From: Verrucomicrobiaceae bacterium
GTDB lineage: Bacteria > Verrucomicrobiota > Verrucomicrobiia > Verrucomicrobiales > Akkermansiaceae
Reading direction: 5' to 3'
DNA length: 64,000 bases
NCBI GenBank assembly: GCA_051252135.1
Contig: JBPOGH010000006.1
Location: forward strand, 128,001-192,000
Shown here: positions 32,415-42,413 of the stretch, piece after piece
How the letters are laid out: each line of letters starts with the position of its first letter
How positions within the stretch are numbered: position 1 is the first letter of the stretch
Program-made: the position numbers and the translations under genes
Notes under the pieces: model-generated
Database searches by the model: none
Seen by the model: the letters and a program-made list of their open reading frames with translations, nothing else
What the model was told of the DNA's origin: nothing

Positions 32415-33608
32415 ATGTACGCCGACCCCAATAATCCTTTTGCCGCCGCCGCTGTGCAGCCGCAGTCCAACGGCAATTCCGCGCCCAATCCATTTCAGGC
32501 AGCTTCTCCGGCGCGGGAAGATTCCCCTTTTGCGGGAGTGGGGGACGAATCGCCCTTTGGATTGGTCGATTCAGGAGCCGGAAGGCCGGCAAAATTGCCC
32601 GAGCGCAGGTTTCCGGAAGCGAGTGCCCAGAATGGGGCCGCGAATGGTCAGGCGACCTCCAATGGCGCTTCTCCGTTCGAACGTGCGTCATCTCCCCAGG
32701 GAAGTCCGTTTGAGCCGGTAGTTGCCGGTGCTTCAGAGGGCTTTTTGGCTGAGCGACCATCGTCACCTGGTTCCGGCGGTCCATTTCAGGCGGTGGAACA
32801 GAGCACGGGCGAGCGGCCCGCCGCACAACAGGCTGCTCCGCAACCCCAACATCAGGCACCCCAGCCTCAATATCAGGCACCCCAGCCCCAGTATCAGGCG
32901 CCGCCGCAACAGCAGCCGCAACACGAGGCCCCTGCAGCAGCTCCGCAGATGTTTCAGCAGGCGCGCCCTGAGCAAGCTCCTGCCCAGCGTCCAAGTTCCG
33001 ATCCTTTTGCCCCGGTCAATCCCGTTGATACTGCGTTTGCCCCGGTGAGTCCGCCACCGTCCCAAGCGAACGGGAATAACGGACTTGCGGCTTATGCGAA
33101 CGGAAATCCCGGGCCAAGTGCAGCTCCCGCTCCAGCTCCGCAAAATGAGTTTGTGGTTCCCGCCGCGACTCCGGTTCAGGCGGCCCCGGCTCCTGTTCAG
33201 GCCAAACAGGAAGTTGCTCCTGCGAGGCAGGTGTCCCCGCATCAGGGACCATCCCAGGTGGCCCATGCAGGAACGCCCCAGTTGGTGCTTCGCGCAATTT
33301 TTGGAGTGAACCACGAGCTTACCGCCGATGAGATGTTGCAGCGTGCGCGGACTCTTCCCGGAGTGAGGAATCTTCGGGTCGTTGGTTCGGAGGAGGCAAA
33401 TGCGATGCGAGTCCTTCGCAACAGTGTTTCCCAGATGGGATTTGGCGATGAACATTCGATCGGCTTGAGTTCGACGGGTGGGGATGTCGACATCATTGAG
33501 GAGGAAGGGAAGACGCTTGCGGTTCTTCACGAGGATGGAGGTTATGCCGCCGGAGTGCGGGAGACCCTGATCATCGTCACGCGCGAGCTGGCCCGATTGA
33601 CTTCCTAG
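32415..33608 (+). CDS. Pro/Gln/Ala-rich disordered protein with C-terminal roadblock (MglB-like) domain
   Basis: ~285 aa low complexity, then compact alpha/beta domain; directly upstream of MglA-like gene; domain call is inference. Confidence 0.6.
   Translation: MYADPNNPFAAAAVQPQSNGNSAPNPFQAASPAREDSPFAGVGDESPFGLVDSGAGRPAKLPERRFPEASAQNGAANGQATSNGASPFERASSPQGSPFEPVVAGASEGFLAERPSSPGSGGPFQAVEQSTGERPAAQQAAPQPQHQAPQPQYQAPQPQYQAPPQQQPQHEAPAAAPQMFQQARPEQAPAQRPSSDPFAPVNPVDTAFAPVSPPPSQANGNNGLAAYANGNPGPSAAPAPAPQNEFVVPAATPVQAAPAPVQAKQEVAPARQVSPHQGPSQVAHAGTPQLVLRAIFGVNHELTADEMLQRARTLPGVRNLRVVGSEEANAMRVLRNSVSQMGFGDEHSIGLSSTGGDVDIIEEEGKTLAVLHEDGGYAAGVRETLIIVTRELARLTS
32838..32900 (+). repeat. 3 x 21-bp imperfect in-frame tandem repeat (PQPQ[H/Y]QA)
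   Basis: ccgcaaccccaacatcaggca / ccccagcctcaatatcaggca / ccccagccccagtatcaggcg. Confidence 0.85.
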
Positions 33609-33620
33609 TGCAGTAATTGT

Positions 33621-34214
33621 ATGCCGGATATTCTTGAAGGCTCTCAAGAGATTCGGGTGAAGCTTGCCCTGATGGGGCCACCGGGTGGAGGGAAGATTGA
33701 TATTCTGCGGTCGTGGTCCGAACAGGAGGGCTCGGGTCCGCTGCACCACCAGAAAGTGGGAGAGACGGACGTTTATCGGGCATCATGGAAGTGGAGCGGA
33801 GTTCCGGAGTCCGGATGGAGTCTGGGATTGAGTGCCTACACGACGGCAGGTGTGGTGGATTTTAATGCGATTACCGAGATGCTTCTCGATGGGGTGGATG
33901 GGATCATTTTTGTGGCCCCTGTTGATTCAAACCGTGCGGAGGAGATTCGAAAATCGCTTCAGACAGTGGCATTTAATTTAAAGCGCCATCATCGGCAGCT
34001 GGGAGATATTCCGGTGACGATGCATTACCATCGGTCCGAATTGATGCCGGGATTTGACCCCAAGATGCTGGATCAATTTTTGGGGATCGAGGGTGGGAAG
34101 GTCCCGAGTTTTGTGACCCGTTCCCAGGGAGACGATTTGACGGTGTCCTTCGCGTCGATTGTGCGGCAGGTGCTCAGGGGAATTACCCTTCCGTCGAAGC
34201 CGGTGAAATCCTAG
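33621..34214 (+). CDS. MglA-family small GTPase-like protein with degenerate motifs
   Basis: IRVKLALMGPPGGGK, YT.AG, LLDGVDGIIFVA, SLQ...NL, IPV match the MglA pattern. Confidence 0.78.
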   Translation: MPDILEGSQEIRVKLALMGPPGGGKIDILRSWSEQEGSGPLHHQKVGETDVYRASWKWSGVPESGWSLGLSAYTTAGVVDFNAITEMLLDGVDGIIFVAPVDSNRAEEIRKSLQTVAFNLKRHHRQLGDIPVTMHYHRSELMPGFDPKMLDQFLGIEGGKVPSFVTRSQGDDLTVSFASIVRQVLRGITLPSKPVKS

Positions 34215-34224
34215 GGTCGGGGCC

Positions 34225-37200
34225 GTGGGCAATTGGCATGTTCGAATCGACGTAGGAGGAACGTTCACGGATGGCTGGGCAAAAAGTCCGGGGGGGGAGA
34301 TCTTTCGTTGTAAGGTGCTCTCGTCGGGAGTTCTGCGATCGCGGGTGGTGGAGGTGTCGTCCAACGGTTGGATACGCTGCGAACGATCATTTTGTGATCA
34401 TCGGGACGGGCTCAAGGGGTATGGGGTGAGCGGGGGAGGCGCTATTCTGGAATCGAAGGGGGCGCATCTGAAGGTGGCTGGAGTCGGGGTCGAGGTCGAT
34501 GAGGTGATCGAGCTATCGACGGGGGAGGATGCACCGGTGGTGGCTGCGAGATTGCTAACCGGAACCCAGGCGGGAGGGGAGTTTCCGAGCTGTGATCTTC
34601 GGGTGGCAACGACCCGTGGGACGAATGCTCTTTTGGAAGGCAAAGGGGGGAGAGTGGCTCTTTTGACGACGAGGGGATTTGAGGACTTGTTGAGGATTCG
34701 GGATCAGCGGAGGCCTGATCTTTTTGAGCGGGAACCCAAGGTGGGGAAGATGGTTTTTGAAGTGGTGAGGGGAGTCGGCGGGCGATTGGATCGGGGCGGC
34801 AATGAGTTGGTGCCATTGGATGAGGACTCGGTGGTGCGGGCGGCCGGGGAGTTCAAGTCAATGGGGATTGATCATGTTGCGGTTTCACTGCTGCATGCGG
34901 ATCGTAATTGCCGCCATGAGCGGCGGGTGGGAGAGCTTTTACGACGGGAGGGCATCGGGAAGGTGAGTCTGTCGCATGAGATCGCGCCGGTGATCCGGTT
35001 ATTGCCCCGGACCGAGACGGTGGTGGCAAACGCTTATCTTGAACCGGTGATCGGTGCGTTCACAGATCATCTGAAGAAGAGGCTGCCGGAGGTCCCGTTG
35101 TCCTTGATGACGAGTGCGGGGCAGTTGAAGGAGGTGTCACGATTTCGGCCGATTGATAGTTTGTTGAGTGGTCCGGCGGGAGGGGTGGCGGGAGCGCTGG
35201 CGATTGGTGGTGGTGGTGATTTGTTGACCTTCGATATGGGGGGGACGAGTACGGATGTGGCTCGGGTCTCCGGAGAGGCGGGTCTGCGCTATGAGCAAGA
35301 GATTGGACCGGTGCGGGTGTTGGCTCCTGCGGTGAGAATCGAGACGGTGGCTGCGGGCGGGGGGTCGATTTGCCAGTGGCGGAATGGGGGGCTGGAGGTG
35401 GGTCCGGAGAGTGCGGGCTCAACCCCGGGGCCGGCGTGTTACGGAAGTGGGGGGCCGTTGACGGTGACGGACGTGAATCTTTTGCTGGGGTTGATGGATG
35501 AGGGAAAGGCGGGGATTCCGTTGGATCGTGGTGCTGCGGAAGATCGTCTTGGAGAGTTGATGGAGGAGATTGGAGACACGGCGGGATCACGGGATGAATT
35601 GCTGGGAGGTCTGAGGCAGATTGCGATTGAGCATATGGCGGAGGCGATGCGGCAGGTATCGACCCGGGATGGATACGATTGCCGGGATCACACGTTGGTG
35701 GCCTTTGGGGGGGCGGGGCCGCAGCATGCGTGTGCGTTGGCGGGTGCGTTGGGGATGGAGCGGGTCTTGATTCCGGGGGATGCGGGCTTGCTGAGTGCGT
35801 GGGGATTGCATCGGTCCCGGCACCGGGAGATCGCGGTGCGACAGGTGTTGGCTCCACTGAAAATGATGAAGGGGGGATTGGTGGAGGAGTTGGAAGGGGA
35901 GGCTTTTGATTTGTTGGGGCAGGAGGGGGAAGTGGTCCGGGTGTTGTTTGAATTGAGGCTCAAGGGGCAGGATTCGACTCTGGAAGTGGAGGGGGTCGAG
36001 CGGGTGGCAGAGAAATTTGAGGTGCAATATGAGGCGGTCTACGGATTTGGCATTCCGGAGGGGCGGATGATTGAGCTGGTGGCGGTGCGGGTGGAAGTAG
36101 CTGCTCCGGGTGAGTCCGGGCCGGAGGAGGCTTTTGAAGAAGGCGAGGTGACGGGAGAGGTGCGAATCATTCAGGATTCGTTTGCGACCACGGTGGTGGA
36201 AAGAGGCTGGCGGGTTCGGGAGGGAAGTCTGGGGTCACTATTGCTGGAAAAGGTGGGTGAGGTGGGGAGGCGAGTTGAGAATTCTCCTGCGGTGCAGGAT
36301 GAATTGTTCCGGAGACGATTCGAATCCATCGTCAATGAGATGGGGGTGTTGCTGAAGCGGACGGCGCTCTCGACCAATATCAAGGAGCGGTTGGACTATT
36401 CCTGTGCTTTGTTGGATGCCCGCGGGTATCTGGTGGTGAATGCGCCTCATATTCCGGTGCACCTGGGCGCCTTGGGATTGTGCGTGCGGATGGTTTCGGG
36501 GGAGCGGGAGTGGGAAGAGGGGGATGTGGTGGTGGTGAATCATCCGGCGTTTGGGGGCTCGCACCTTCCTGATGTGACGGTGATCAGTCCGGTCTTTGTG
36601 GACGGGGAGCTGTGCGGGTTTGTGGCGAATCGGGCGCACCATGCGGAGATAGGTGGAAAGACTCCGGGATCGATGCCGCCGGATGCGAGGTGTTTGGCTG
36701 AAGAAGGGATTGTGATTCCACCGACTTTACTGAGTGAGATCGGGGATGGGTTTTGGAGTGAGTCGAGATCGCCGAATGATAACCAGGCGGATTTGGCGGC
36801 GCAGGTGGCGGCAAATCGTCACGGGGTGAAGGCCTTGAAGGAGTTAATTTCCCAAAGTTCGGTGGAGAATGTGAGTGCGCGAATGGAGGGGCTTTATCGA
36901 CGCTCGTCCGAGCTGTTGGAGATGTCGAAGGGGGAGGGTGTTTACGAGGCCCGCGATGTGCTTGATGACGGCACGGTGATTGCAGTGAGGGTGGAGTGGG
37001 GGGATCGCTTGCGGGTGGATTTTTCGGGATCGGGCGGGGTTCATCCGCGAAATTTGAATGCGACTCCCGCGATTGTGAGGAGTGCGGTGCTTTATGTGCT
37101 GAGATTATGGGTGGGGGAGGATATTCCTTTGAATGAGGGGCTGCTCGAGGAGTGTGAAATCATCATTCCCGAGGGGGTGTTGAATCCTCCGTTGTCGGTC

Positions 37201-37782
37201 AATCCCGAGGAGTGTCCGGCGGTGGTGGGGGGAAATGTGGAGACGAGCCAGCGGGTGGTGGATGTGTTGCTGGAGGCATTGGGAATGCAGGCCAATGGGC
37301 AGGGGACGATGAACAATCTGCTTTTTGGAAATGAGCATTTTGGGTTTTATGAGACCTTGGGTGGTGGAGGAGGGGCGGGTCCGGGGTGGGGTGGGCGGAG
37401 TGGGGCGCACGTTCACATGAGCAATACGGCGGTGACGGATCCGGAGGTGCTGGAAGCGCGGTATCCGGTGAGGATCAGGGAGTTTGCTCTGCGAAGTGGA
37501 AGCGGGGGAGAGGGGGCATTTCCGGGAGGGGATGGGTTGGTCCGTGAGATTGAGTTTTTGGAAGGGATGACGGTGTCGTTGCTGACGCAGCGTCGGGACA
37601 CGGCGCCGAGGGGGATGGGAGGCGGTGGTGATGGCCTGGCTGGAAAGCAGTGGTTGAAGCGCAACGGAGAAGTGGAGTGGAAGGCGTTAAAGAATATCAC
37701 CGTGATTGAGGTCAATCTCGGTGATGCGTTGCGCCTGGAGACTCCGGGCGGGGGAGGATGGGGGAAGCGGATTACTTCTTAA
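34225..37782 (+). CDS. Fused 5-oxoprolinase / hydantoinase A+B
   Basis: DVGGTFTD, SGPAGG, DMGGTSTD, GPESAG, NIKERLDYSCA, APHIPVHLG, GNVETSQR, TPGGGGWG. Confidence 0.93.
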   Translation: MGNWHVRIDVGGTFTDGWAKSPGGEIFRCKVLSSGVLRSRVVEVSSNGWIRCERSFCDHRDGLKGYGVSGGGAILESKGAHLKVAGVGVEVDEVIELSTGEDAPVVAARLLTGTQAGGEFPSCDLRVATTRGTNALLEGKGGRVALLTTRGFEDLLRIRDQRRPDLFEREPKVGKMVFEVVRGVGGRLDRGGNELVPLDEDSVVRAAGEFKSMGIDHVAVSLLHADRNCRHERRVGELLRREGIGKVSLSHEIAPVIRLLPRTETVVANAYLEPVIGAFTDHLKKRLPEVPLSLMTSAGQLKEVSRFRPIDSLLSGPAGGVAGALAIGGGGDLLTFDMGGTSTDVARVSGEAGLRYEQEIGPVRVLAPAVRIETVAAGGGSICQWRNGGLEVGPESAGSTPGPACYGSGGPLTVTDVNLLLGLMDEGKAGIPLDRGAAEDRLGELMEEIGDTAGSRDELLGGLRQIAIEHMAEAMRQVSTRDGYDCRDHTLVAFGGAGPQHACALAGALGMERVLIPGDAGLLSAWGLHRSRHREIAVRQVLAPLKMMKGGLVEELEGEAFDLLGQEGEVVRVLFELRLKGQDSTLEVEGVERVAEKFEVQYEAVYGFGIPEGRMIELVAVRVEVAAPGESGPEEAFEEGEVTGEVRIIQDSFATTVVERGWRVREGSLGSLLLEKVGEVGRRVENSPAVQDELFRRRFESIVNEMGVLLKRTALSTNIKERLDYSCALLDARGYLVVNAPHIPVHLGALGLCVRMVSGEREWEEGDVVVVNHPAFGGSHLPDVTVISPVFVDGELCGFVANRAHHAEIGGKTPGSMPPDARCLAEEGIVIPPTLLSEIGDGFWSESRSPNDNQADLAAQVAANRHGVKALKELISQSSVENVSARMEGLYRRSSELLEMSKGEGVYEARDVLDDGTVIAVRVEWGDRLRVDFSGSGGVHPRNLNATPAIVRSAVLYVLRLWVGEDIPLNEGLLEECEIIIPEGVLNPPLSVNPEECPAVVGGNVETSQRVVDVLLEALGMQANGQGTMNNLLFGNEHFGFYETLGGGGGAGPGWGGRSGAHVHMSNTAVTDPEVLEARYPVRIREFALRSGSGGEGAFPGGDGLVREIEFLEGMTVSLLTQRRDTAPRGMGGGGDGLAGKQWLKRNGEVEWKALKNITVIEVNLGDALRLETPGGGGWGKRITS

Positions 37783-40081
37783 AGTCTGCTTCGCTGTACA
37801 TCTGGTTGTTGCGTGCCTCGGTGTCCTTTCGGATGTTGGTGACCGTTTCGGCGGTTACGAGGGAAGCGCGGTTCTCCCAGCCGCTGCGGATGAAGGTGGC
37901 GATATCGGCAATGTCCGCATCGGAGATGGTGGGGTTTTGACCGAGGCCGGGCATGAAGGCCTGGGGGGTGAATTTTTTGCCATTGATGTGGATGGGGCCC
38001 TGGAGGCCGTGGAGGAGGATTTTTACAAGACGGTCCTCGGGGCCGGTGACCCAATCCGAGGCGTTGAGGGTGGGGCCGAGGTTGGGGAGGCCTTCGCCAT
38101 CGGGTCCGTGACAGCCGATGCAGGCGGCTTTTCCGAGGTAGATTTCCTGACCGCGCTTGTAGGAGGCGAGGTGGAGGCCTTTGAGGAGGCTGGCGGGATC
38201 GACTTCCTTTTTTGGTCCATTGAGGGTGTCTTTCATCCAGGCGTCGAATTGCTTGTCCTTGAATCTGCCATCATTGGCGGCGACGAAGAGCTTGCCGTGA
38301 TGGCCTTGTCCGGCGATGGCGGCCTCGCGAACGAAGGCTGCTTTTTTGTGTTTGGAGAGGAGATCAACGAGGGCTTCCTGGGCTTCCGCAACGGGGATGG
38401 TGGCGAGGAGGCGGGCCTTGTAGGGGAGGATGGCAGGGGTCTCGGGGAGGCTGCTGGCGACCGGGGTCAGGTGGGATAGCTCAGCGCGAGGAAGGGAGAG
38501 CGCGGCATAGGCTGCGGAGGCGGTGAGGTCCTCGTTAGCGGATTCGATGGCGGCGTTGATATCGGCGGTGTTGAGAACGCCGAGTCCTTCGAGGGTCCAG
38601 ACTGCGTGGGCCTTGGAGTGGGCGGGGAAGTCGCCACGGATGAGCTTGCGAAGGAAGGGGATGGCATCGGCCGCTTTGCGGTTGAGGATTTCCTTTTGGG
38701 CGAGATCACGGTGGGTGCCGTTTCCTGAGAGGAGGGCCATGGCGAGGGCTTTGGCATCGGCCTCGGCGAGGTTTGCCATGGGCTTGAGGGGCTGGTTTTT
38801 TGCTTTGACGCGATAGATGCGGCCGTGTCCGAAGCCCGGGCCCTCGAGTCCGCGGCTCAGAGTCTGGCGGCGGAGGTAGGTGGTCATGTAGGTCTTGTGC
38901 TGGATGATGCCGTGATACATGTCGAGAATGTAGAGGCTGCCATCAGGCGCGGTGTAGGCGTTGACGGGACGGAAGCGCTCGTCGGCGGAGGTGAGGAAGT
39001 CTTTACCTTTGATGGGGTGGGTGCCGGTGACTTTGCCGCCGGTGTGAGAGACCTCGATGGCTTTGACCAATTGGGCGGAAGATTCACAGACGAAGGCCCA
39101 GTTTTGATATTGGGCGGGGAATTGGTCACCGCGGTAGATGACGGGGCCGCAGGCTCCGGTGGCGTTGGTGAGCTTGAAGGTTTTGGGATTGATGGTGTTG
39201 CTATCGTATCCGTTGTGGGAGGAGATGTAGGCGCGGTTGAGGCCGGGGGTGACGCGTCCGGGGAAGACGGCGTTGGAACCGGCGCGGCTGGAGATGTTGG
39301 TCTTGATTTTGACGGCGTCATTTCCAAGGAGAAGGTTGGGCATGATGCGGTCGCCAATCAGCAAGGTGCTGTTGGAGTTATGGTAGAGGCGGCCGAAGTT
39401 GTCCTGGGAGATGCCCCATTGGCCACGGAAGGTGGTTTTTTGAGAGACGAGTTTTCCATCGATCCACTTGTATCGGGTGTCGGACTTGGCGTTGTACATC
39501 CAGTTGTCGAGAGCGGGCATCATGCCGTTGGGCTTGTGCTCGACGTTGCCTCCTTTGGCATAGGTTTGATCGACGATGACGGGGTCACCCTTTGGCTTGT
39601 CGCCATCACGCGCGACGAAGTAGAGGCTTTCCTGATCGGCGAAGAGAACGCCATTGGGGACGAGGGCGATGGAGCGAGGGAGGAGGAGTTTTTCGAGGAA
39701 GACGGTGCGCTTGTCTACCGAGCCGTCACCGGTGGTGTCCTCGAGGATGACGATGCGGCCTTCGGGGATGTCCTCGGTGGTGCCGTCAATGTCTGCCATG
39801 TAGCCACGCATTTCGGTGACCCACATTCGGCCCCGATTATCGAAGGTGAGGGCGACGGGTTTATCGACGAGAGGTTCTGCAACGACCGCTTCGATGGTGA
39901 AGTCCGGATGGATGGTGAAGGACTTGAGGGCGTCCTCAACGGAGAGGACGGGAGCTTTTGGAATGAGAACCTCCGGCACGATGTCGCCCATTTTGTCATG
40001 GTTCTTGTTGTCGCCATTTTGGGCGACGGCCACGGTGGTGGCAGCGGTAAAGAGGAGAGCTGTCAGTGAGCGAAATGTCAT
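37772..40081 (-). CDS. PVC-type membrane-bound dehydrogenase-like protein (beta-propeller, HEAT repeats, C-terminal cytochrome c)
   Basis: Signal peptide; VAEPLV..PV, GRMWV.EMRGYM, ERFRPV, PDGSLYILDMY; CIGCH. Confidence 0.85.
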   Translation of the reverse strand: MTFRSLTALLFTAATTVAVAQNGDNKNHDKMGDIVPEVLIPKAPVLSVEDALKSFTIHPDFTIEAVVAEPLVDKPVALTFDNRGRMWVTEMRGYMADIDGTTEDIPEGRIVILEDTTGDGSVDKRTVFLEKLLLPRSIALVPNGVLFADQESLYFVARDGDKPKGDPVIVDQTYAKGGNVEHKPNGMMPALDNWMYNAKSDTRYKWIDGKLVSQKTTFRGQWGISQDNFGRLYHNSNSTLLIGDRIMPNLLLGNDAVKIKTNISSRAGSNAVFPGRVTPGLNRAYISSHNGYDSNTINPKTFKLTNATGACGPVIYRGDQFPAQYQNWAFVCESSAQLVKAIEVSHTGGKVTGTHPIKGKDFLTSADERFRPVNAYTAPDGSLYILDMYHGIIQHKTYMTTYLRRQTLSRGLEGPGFGHGRIYRVKAKNQPLKPMANLAEADAKALAMALLSGNGTHRDLAQKEILNRKAADAIPFLRKLIRGDFPAHSKAHAVWTLEGLGVLNTADINAAIESANEDLTASAAYAALSLPRAELSHLTPVASSLPETPAILPYKARLLATIPVAEAQEALVDLLSKHKKAAFVREAAIAGQGHHGKLFVAANDGRFKDKQFDAWMKDTLNGPKKEVDPASLLKGLHLASYKRGQEIYLGKAACIGCHGPDGEGLPNLGPTLNASDWVTGPEDRLVKILLHGLQGPIHINGKKFTPQAFMPGLGQNPTISDADIADIATFIRSGWENRASLVTAETVTNIRKDTEARNNQMYSEADFKK

Positions 40082-40111
40082 TGGTTTTTCTACGTTGCGA
40101 GGTGATGGAAC

Positions 40112-40891
40112 CTAACGTTGAAATCCGCGCAAAGCAAAAAAGGATTTCGTGTTTTCAATGCATTGATCGACAGGGAGTTTGGTGCTTTTTGCCACCTCCC
40201 GGCAGATGGAGGGAAGATTGGCCGGGTGATTGAGTTCCGGAAGGGGGTGTGAAATGGCGCGGGAGGGCGGAAGCATGTCGGGTGCGTCGGTCTCGAGGAG
40301 GATGCGCTCCGGGGGGATGGTGTTGAAGATCTGGAGTTGGGCCTTTTTTCGGTCGTGGAGGAAGTATCCGGAGATGGAGAAATAGGCGCCGAGTCCGGTG
40401 AGTTGGGCGGCGACCTCTGCGGAGCCTCCGAAGGAGTGGAGGAGAAATGGTGGAAGTGAAGTGAGGGAGTGCAGGGTATCGAGGAGTGCGCCCCAGGCTT
40501 TGAGGCAGTGGATGGTGCAGGGGCGGTTGAGATCGCGGGCGAGCTCGAGTTGGGTTTCGAAGACTTCGCGTTGGGCGGGGTCGGGATTTTTGATCCAACG
40601 GTCGAGGCCGCATTCTCCGACGGCGGCATTTGGGAAACGGGAGAGGTAGTCGCGAAGGGTGGAGAGCCAGTCCGGGGAGTGGGAGCCGACCTTCCAGGGG
40701 TGAAGTCCGAAGGAGGGGATGATGAAGCCGGGGTGGTTTTCGGCGAGTTGGGCGACCGCAGGCCAGTCGTGCTCGCCGGTTCCATTGACAACGCAGGCGG
40801 CGATGCCCGCGGCTTTCATTTCTTTGATCAGGGTTTCCTGTTGTCCTGCGAACCGTGGGTCTTGAAGATGATTGTGAGCATCAATCAGCAT
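40112..40891 (-). CDS. TatD family hydrolase
   Basis: DAHNH, GLHPW, VGECGLD, IHC, LETDAP. Confidence 0.92.
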   Translation of the reverse strand: MLIDAHNHLQDPRFAGQQETLIKEMKAAGIAACVVNGTGEHDWPAVAQLAENHPGFIIPSFGLHPWKVGSHSPDWLSTLRDYLSRFPNAAVGECGLDRWIKNPDPAQREVFETQLELARDLNRPCTIHCLKAWGALLDTLHSLTSLPPFLLHSFGGSAEVAAQLTGLGAYFSISGYFLHDRKKAQLQIFNTIPPERILLETDAPDMLPPSRAISHPLPELNHPANLPSICREVAKSTKLPVDQCIENTKSFFALRGFQR

Positions 40892-41954
40892 GGTGTGGGT
40901 CGTGCGCGGCGATTAGCGAAGTGGCCGCTTCTTCAAAGACGGTGGAGGTGAAAGCGGGGAGGGAAAGCTGATGAGAGGGGGGGAGGTAGACGGATTCTTC
41001 CGAACCGGGGTCCCGGTAGACGAGGTCGTAGTGGTCAACGAGGATGGATTCGAGAAAGGCGGTCCAATCTCCGGAGTCGATCTGGGTGTGCCAGCGGTCG
41101 ACCTGTCCGTGTCCGCGAAGTCGCCGGAGTCCGTCGAGTTGGGTTTTCAGGCGATCGGGGTCATCGAGGAAGTGGGGGTAGTCGGAGGCGAGGAAGCGGG
41201 CCCGATCCGGAAGGGGGAGGCTGACCTTGATGACCTCTGCCTCGCGGAGACGTTTCCAGAGGGGGCCGGGGCAGTGGAGGCTGCCGATGCGGTTGGACTC
41301 GGCCTCGGTGAAGACGGGGCGGTCGGGGTTGTAGTGCCGGAAGTCCTGCCAGAGTTTGCGTTCGAAGGCTTTTTGGCCGGGTTGCTCGCCGGTGGCGGGG
41401 TCACCGAGGATGGAGCCTTTGTGGTTGGCGTGACCTTCGAGGTCGAGGACTTGCGCGCCTTGTTCCTTAAGGGCGTGAAGGAGTTTTGTTTTCCCGCAAC
41501 CGGTGAGTCCGGCGAGAACGATGAGGGGTGGTTGTTCGCGGGAGAGGACGTTTTTCAGGTCGGTGATGAGCCACTTGCGCCAGGCTTTGTATCCGCCTTC
41601 GATGACACGGGAGCGCCATCCGATGGAACGGAAGATGAGGGCCATCGATTGGGAGCGGAGGTTGCCGCGCCAGCAGTAGATGAGGGGGGCGTAGTCCCGG
41701 GGTTTGTTGGCGAGATATCCCTCGAGGTGATGGTGGATGTTTTTGGTGATGAGGGTGGCGCCGAGGCGACGGGCGGCGAAGGGGTCCTGGGCGTGGAGGA
41801 GCCCGACGTGGTGCCGCTCCTCGTCCGAGAGGACGGGGAGGTTGATGGCACCGGGAAGGTGGTCCTCCCGGAATTCGGCTGGTGCGCGGACGTCGATGAT
41901 CTCGTGGAACTCATCGAGATCGAGTGGGAGGCTGACACGTTCCGGCAGTTCCAT
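40881..41954 (-). CDS. mnmH: tRNA 2-selenouridine synthase
   Basis: Rhodanese domain DVRAP..F, YCWRG..RS; GGYKAWR; GLTGCGKT; DLEGHANHKGS; EAESNRIG. Confidence 0.92.
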   Translation of the reverse strand: MELPERVSLPLDLDEFHEIIDVRAPAEFREDHLPGAINLPVLSDEERHHVGLLHAQDPFAARRLGATLITKNIHHHLEGYLANKPRDYAPLIYCWRGNLRSQSMALIFRSIGWRSRVIEGGYKAWRKWLITDLKNVLSREQPPLIVLAGLTGCGKTKLLHALKEQGAQVLDLEGHANHKGSILGDPATGEQPGQKAFERKLWQDFRHYNPDRPVFTEAESNRIGSLHCPGPLWKRLREAEVIKVSLPLPDRARFLASDYPHFLDDPDRLKTQLDGLRRLRGHGQVDRWHTQIDSGDWTAFLESILVDHYDLVYRDPGSEESVYLPPSHQLSLPAFTSTVFEEAATSLIAAHDPHHAD

Positions 41955-41957
41955 CTT

Positions 41958-42413
41958 TTAGAGGACCTCGACCACGAGGCTGATTTCGACGGAAACGCCG
42001 AGGGGGAGGGAGGAGACTCCGACGGCGGCGCGGGAGTGCCTGCCGGCTTCACCGAAGATTTTGACGAGGAGGTCGGAGGCACCGTTGATGACCTGGGGGT
42101 GGGCGGTGAAATCGGGTTCGGCGTTGACGTATCCGCTGAGGCTGACGATTTTTTTAACAGCGCTCAAGCTTCCCATTTCGGCCTTGATGACGGCGAGGCG
42201 GGTGAGGAGCGCGGCTTCTGCGGCTGCTTGTGCGGTTTCGACGTCGCACTCCGTGGGGACTTTTCCTTTGAAGGTTTGCTCTCCAATGATGGGGAGGCCT
42301 CCGGAGATGTGGAGGAGGTTTCCGGTGCGGACGCAGTTGACGTAAGAGCCCACAGGAGGGGCGGCTTCGGGAAGGGTGAGACCGAGTTCGGTAATTTTTT
42401 CTTCAGGAGTCAT
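41958..42413 (-). CDS. RidA/YjgF family protein
   Basis: LGLTLP, GSYV, INGASDLL, GRHSRAAVGV, LPLG..VEI. Confidence 0.9.
   Translation of the reverse strand: MTPEEKITELGLTLPEAAPPVGSYVNCVRTGNLLHISGGLPIIGEQTFKGKVPTECDVETAQAAAEAALLTRLAVIKAEMGSLSAVKKIVSLSGYVNAEPDFTAHPQVINGASDLLVKIFGEAGRHSRAAVGVSSLPLGVSVEISLVVEVL

Noticed and set aside
32838..32930. Possible CRISPR-like or mobile repeat
   Set aside because: In-frame coding tandem repeat without spacers and no cas genes
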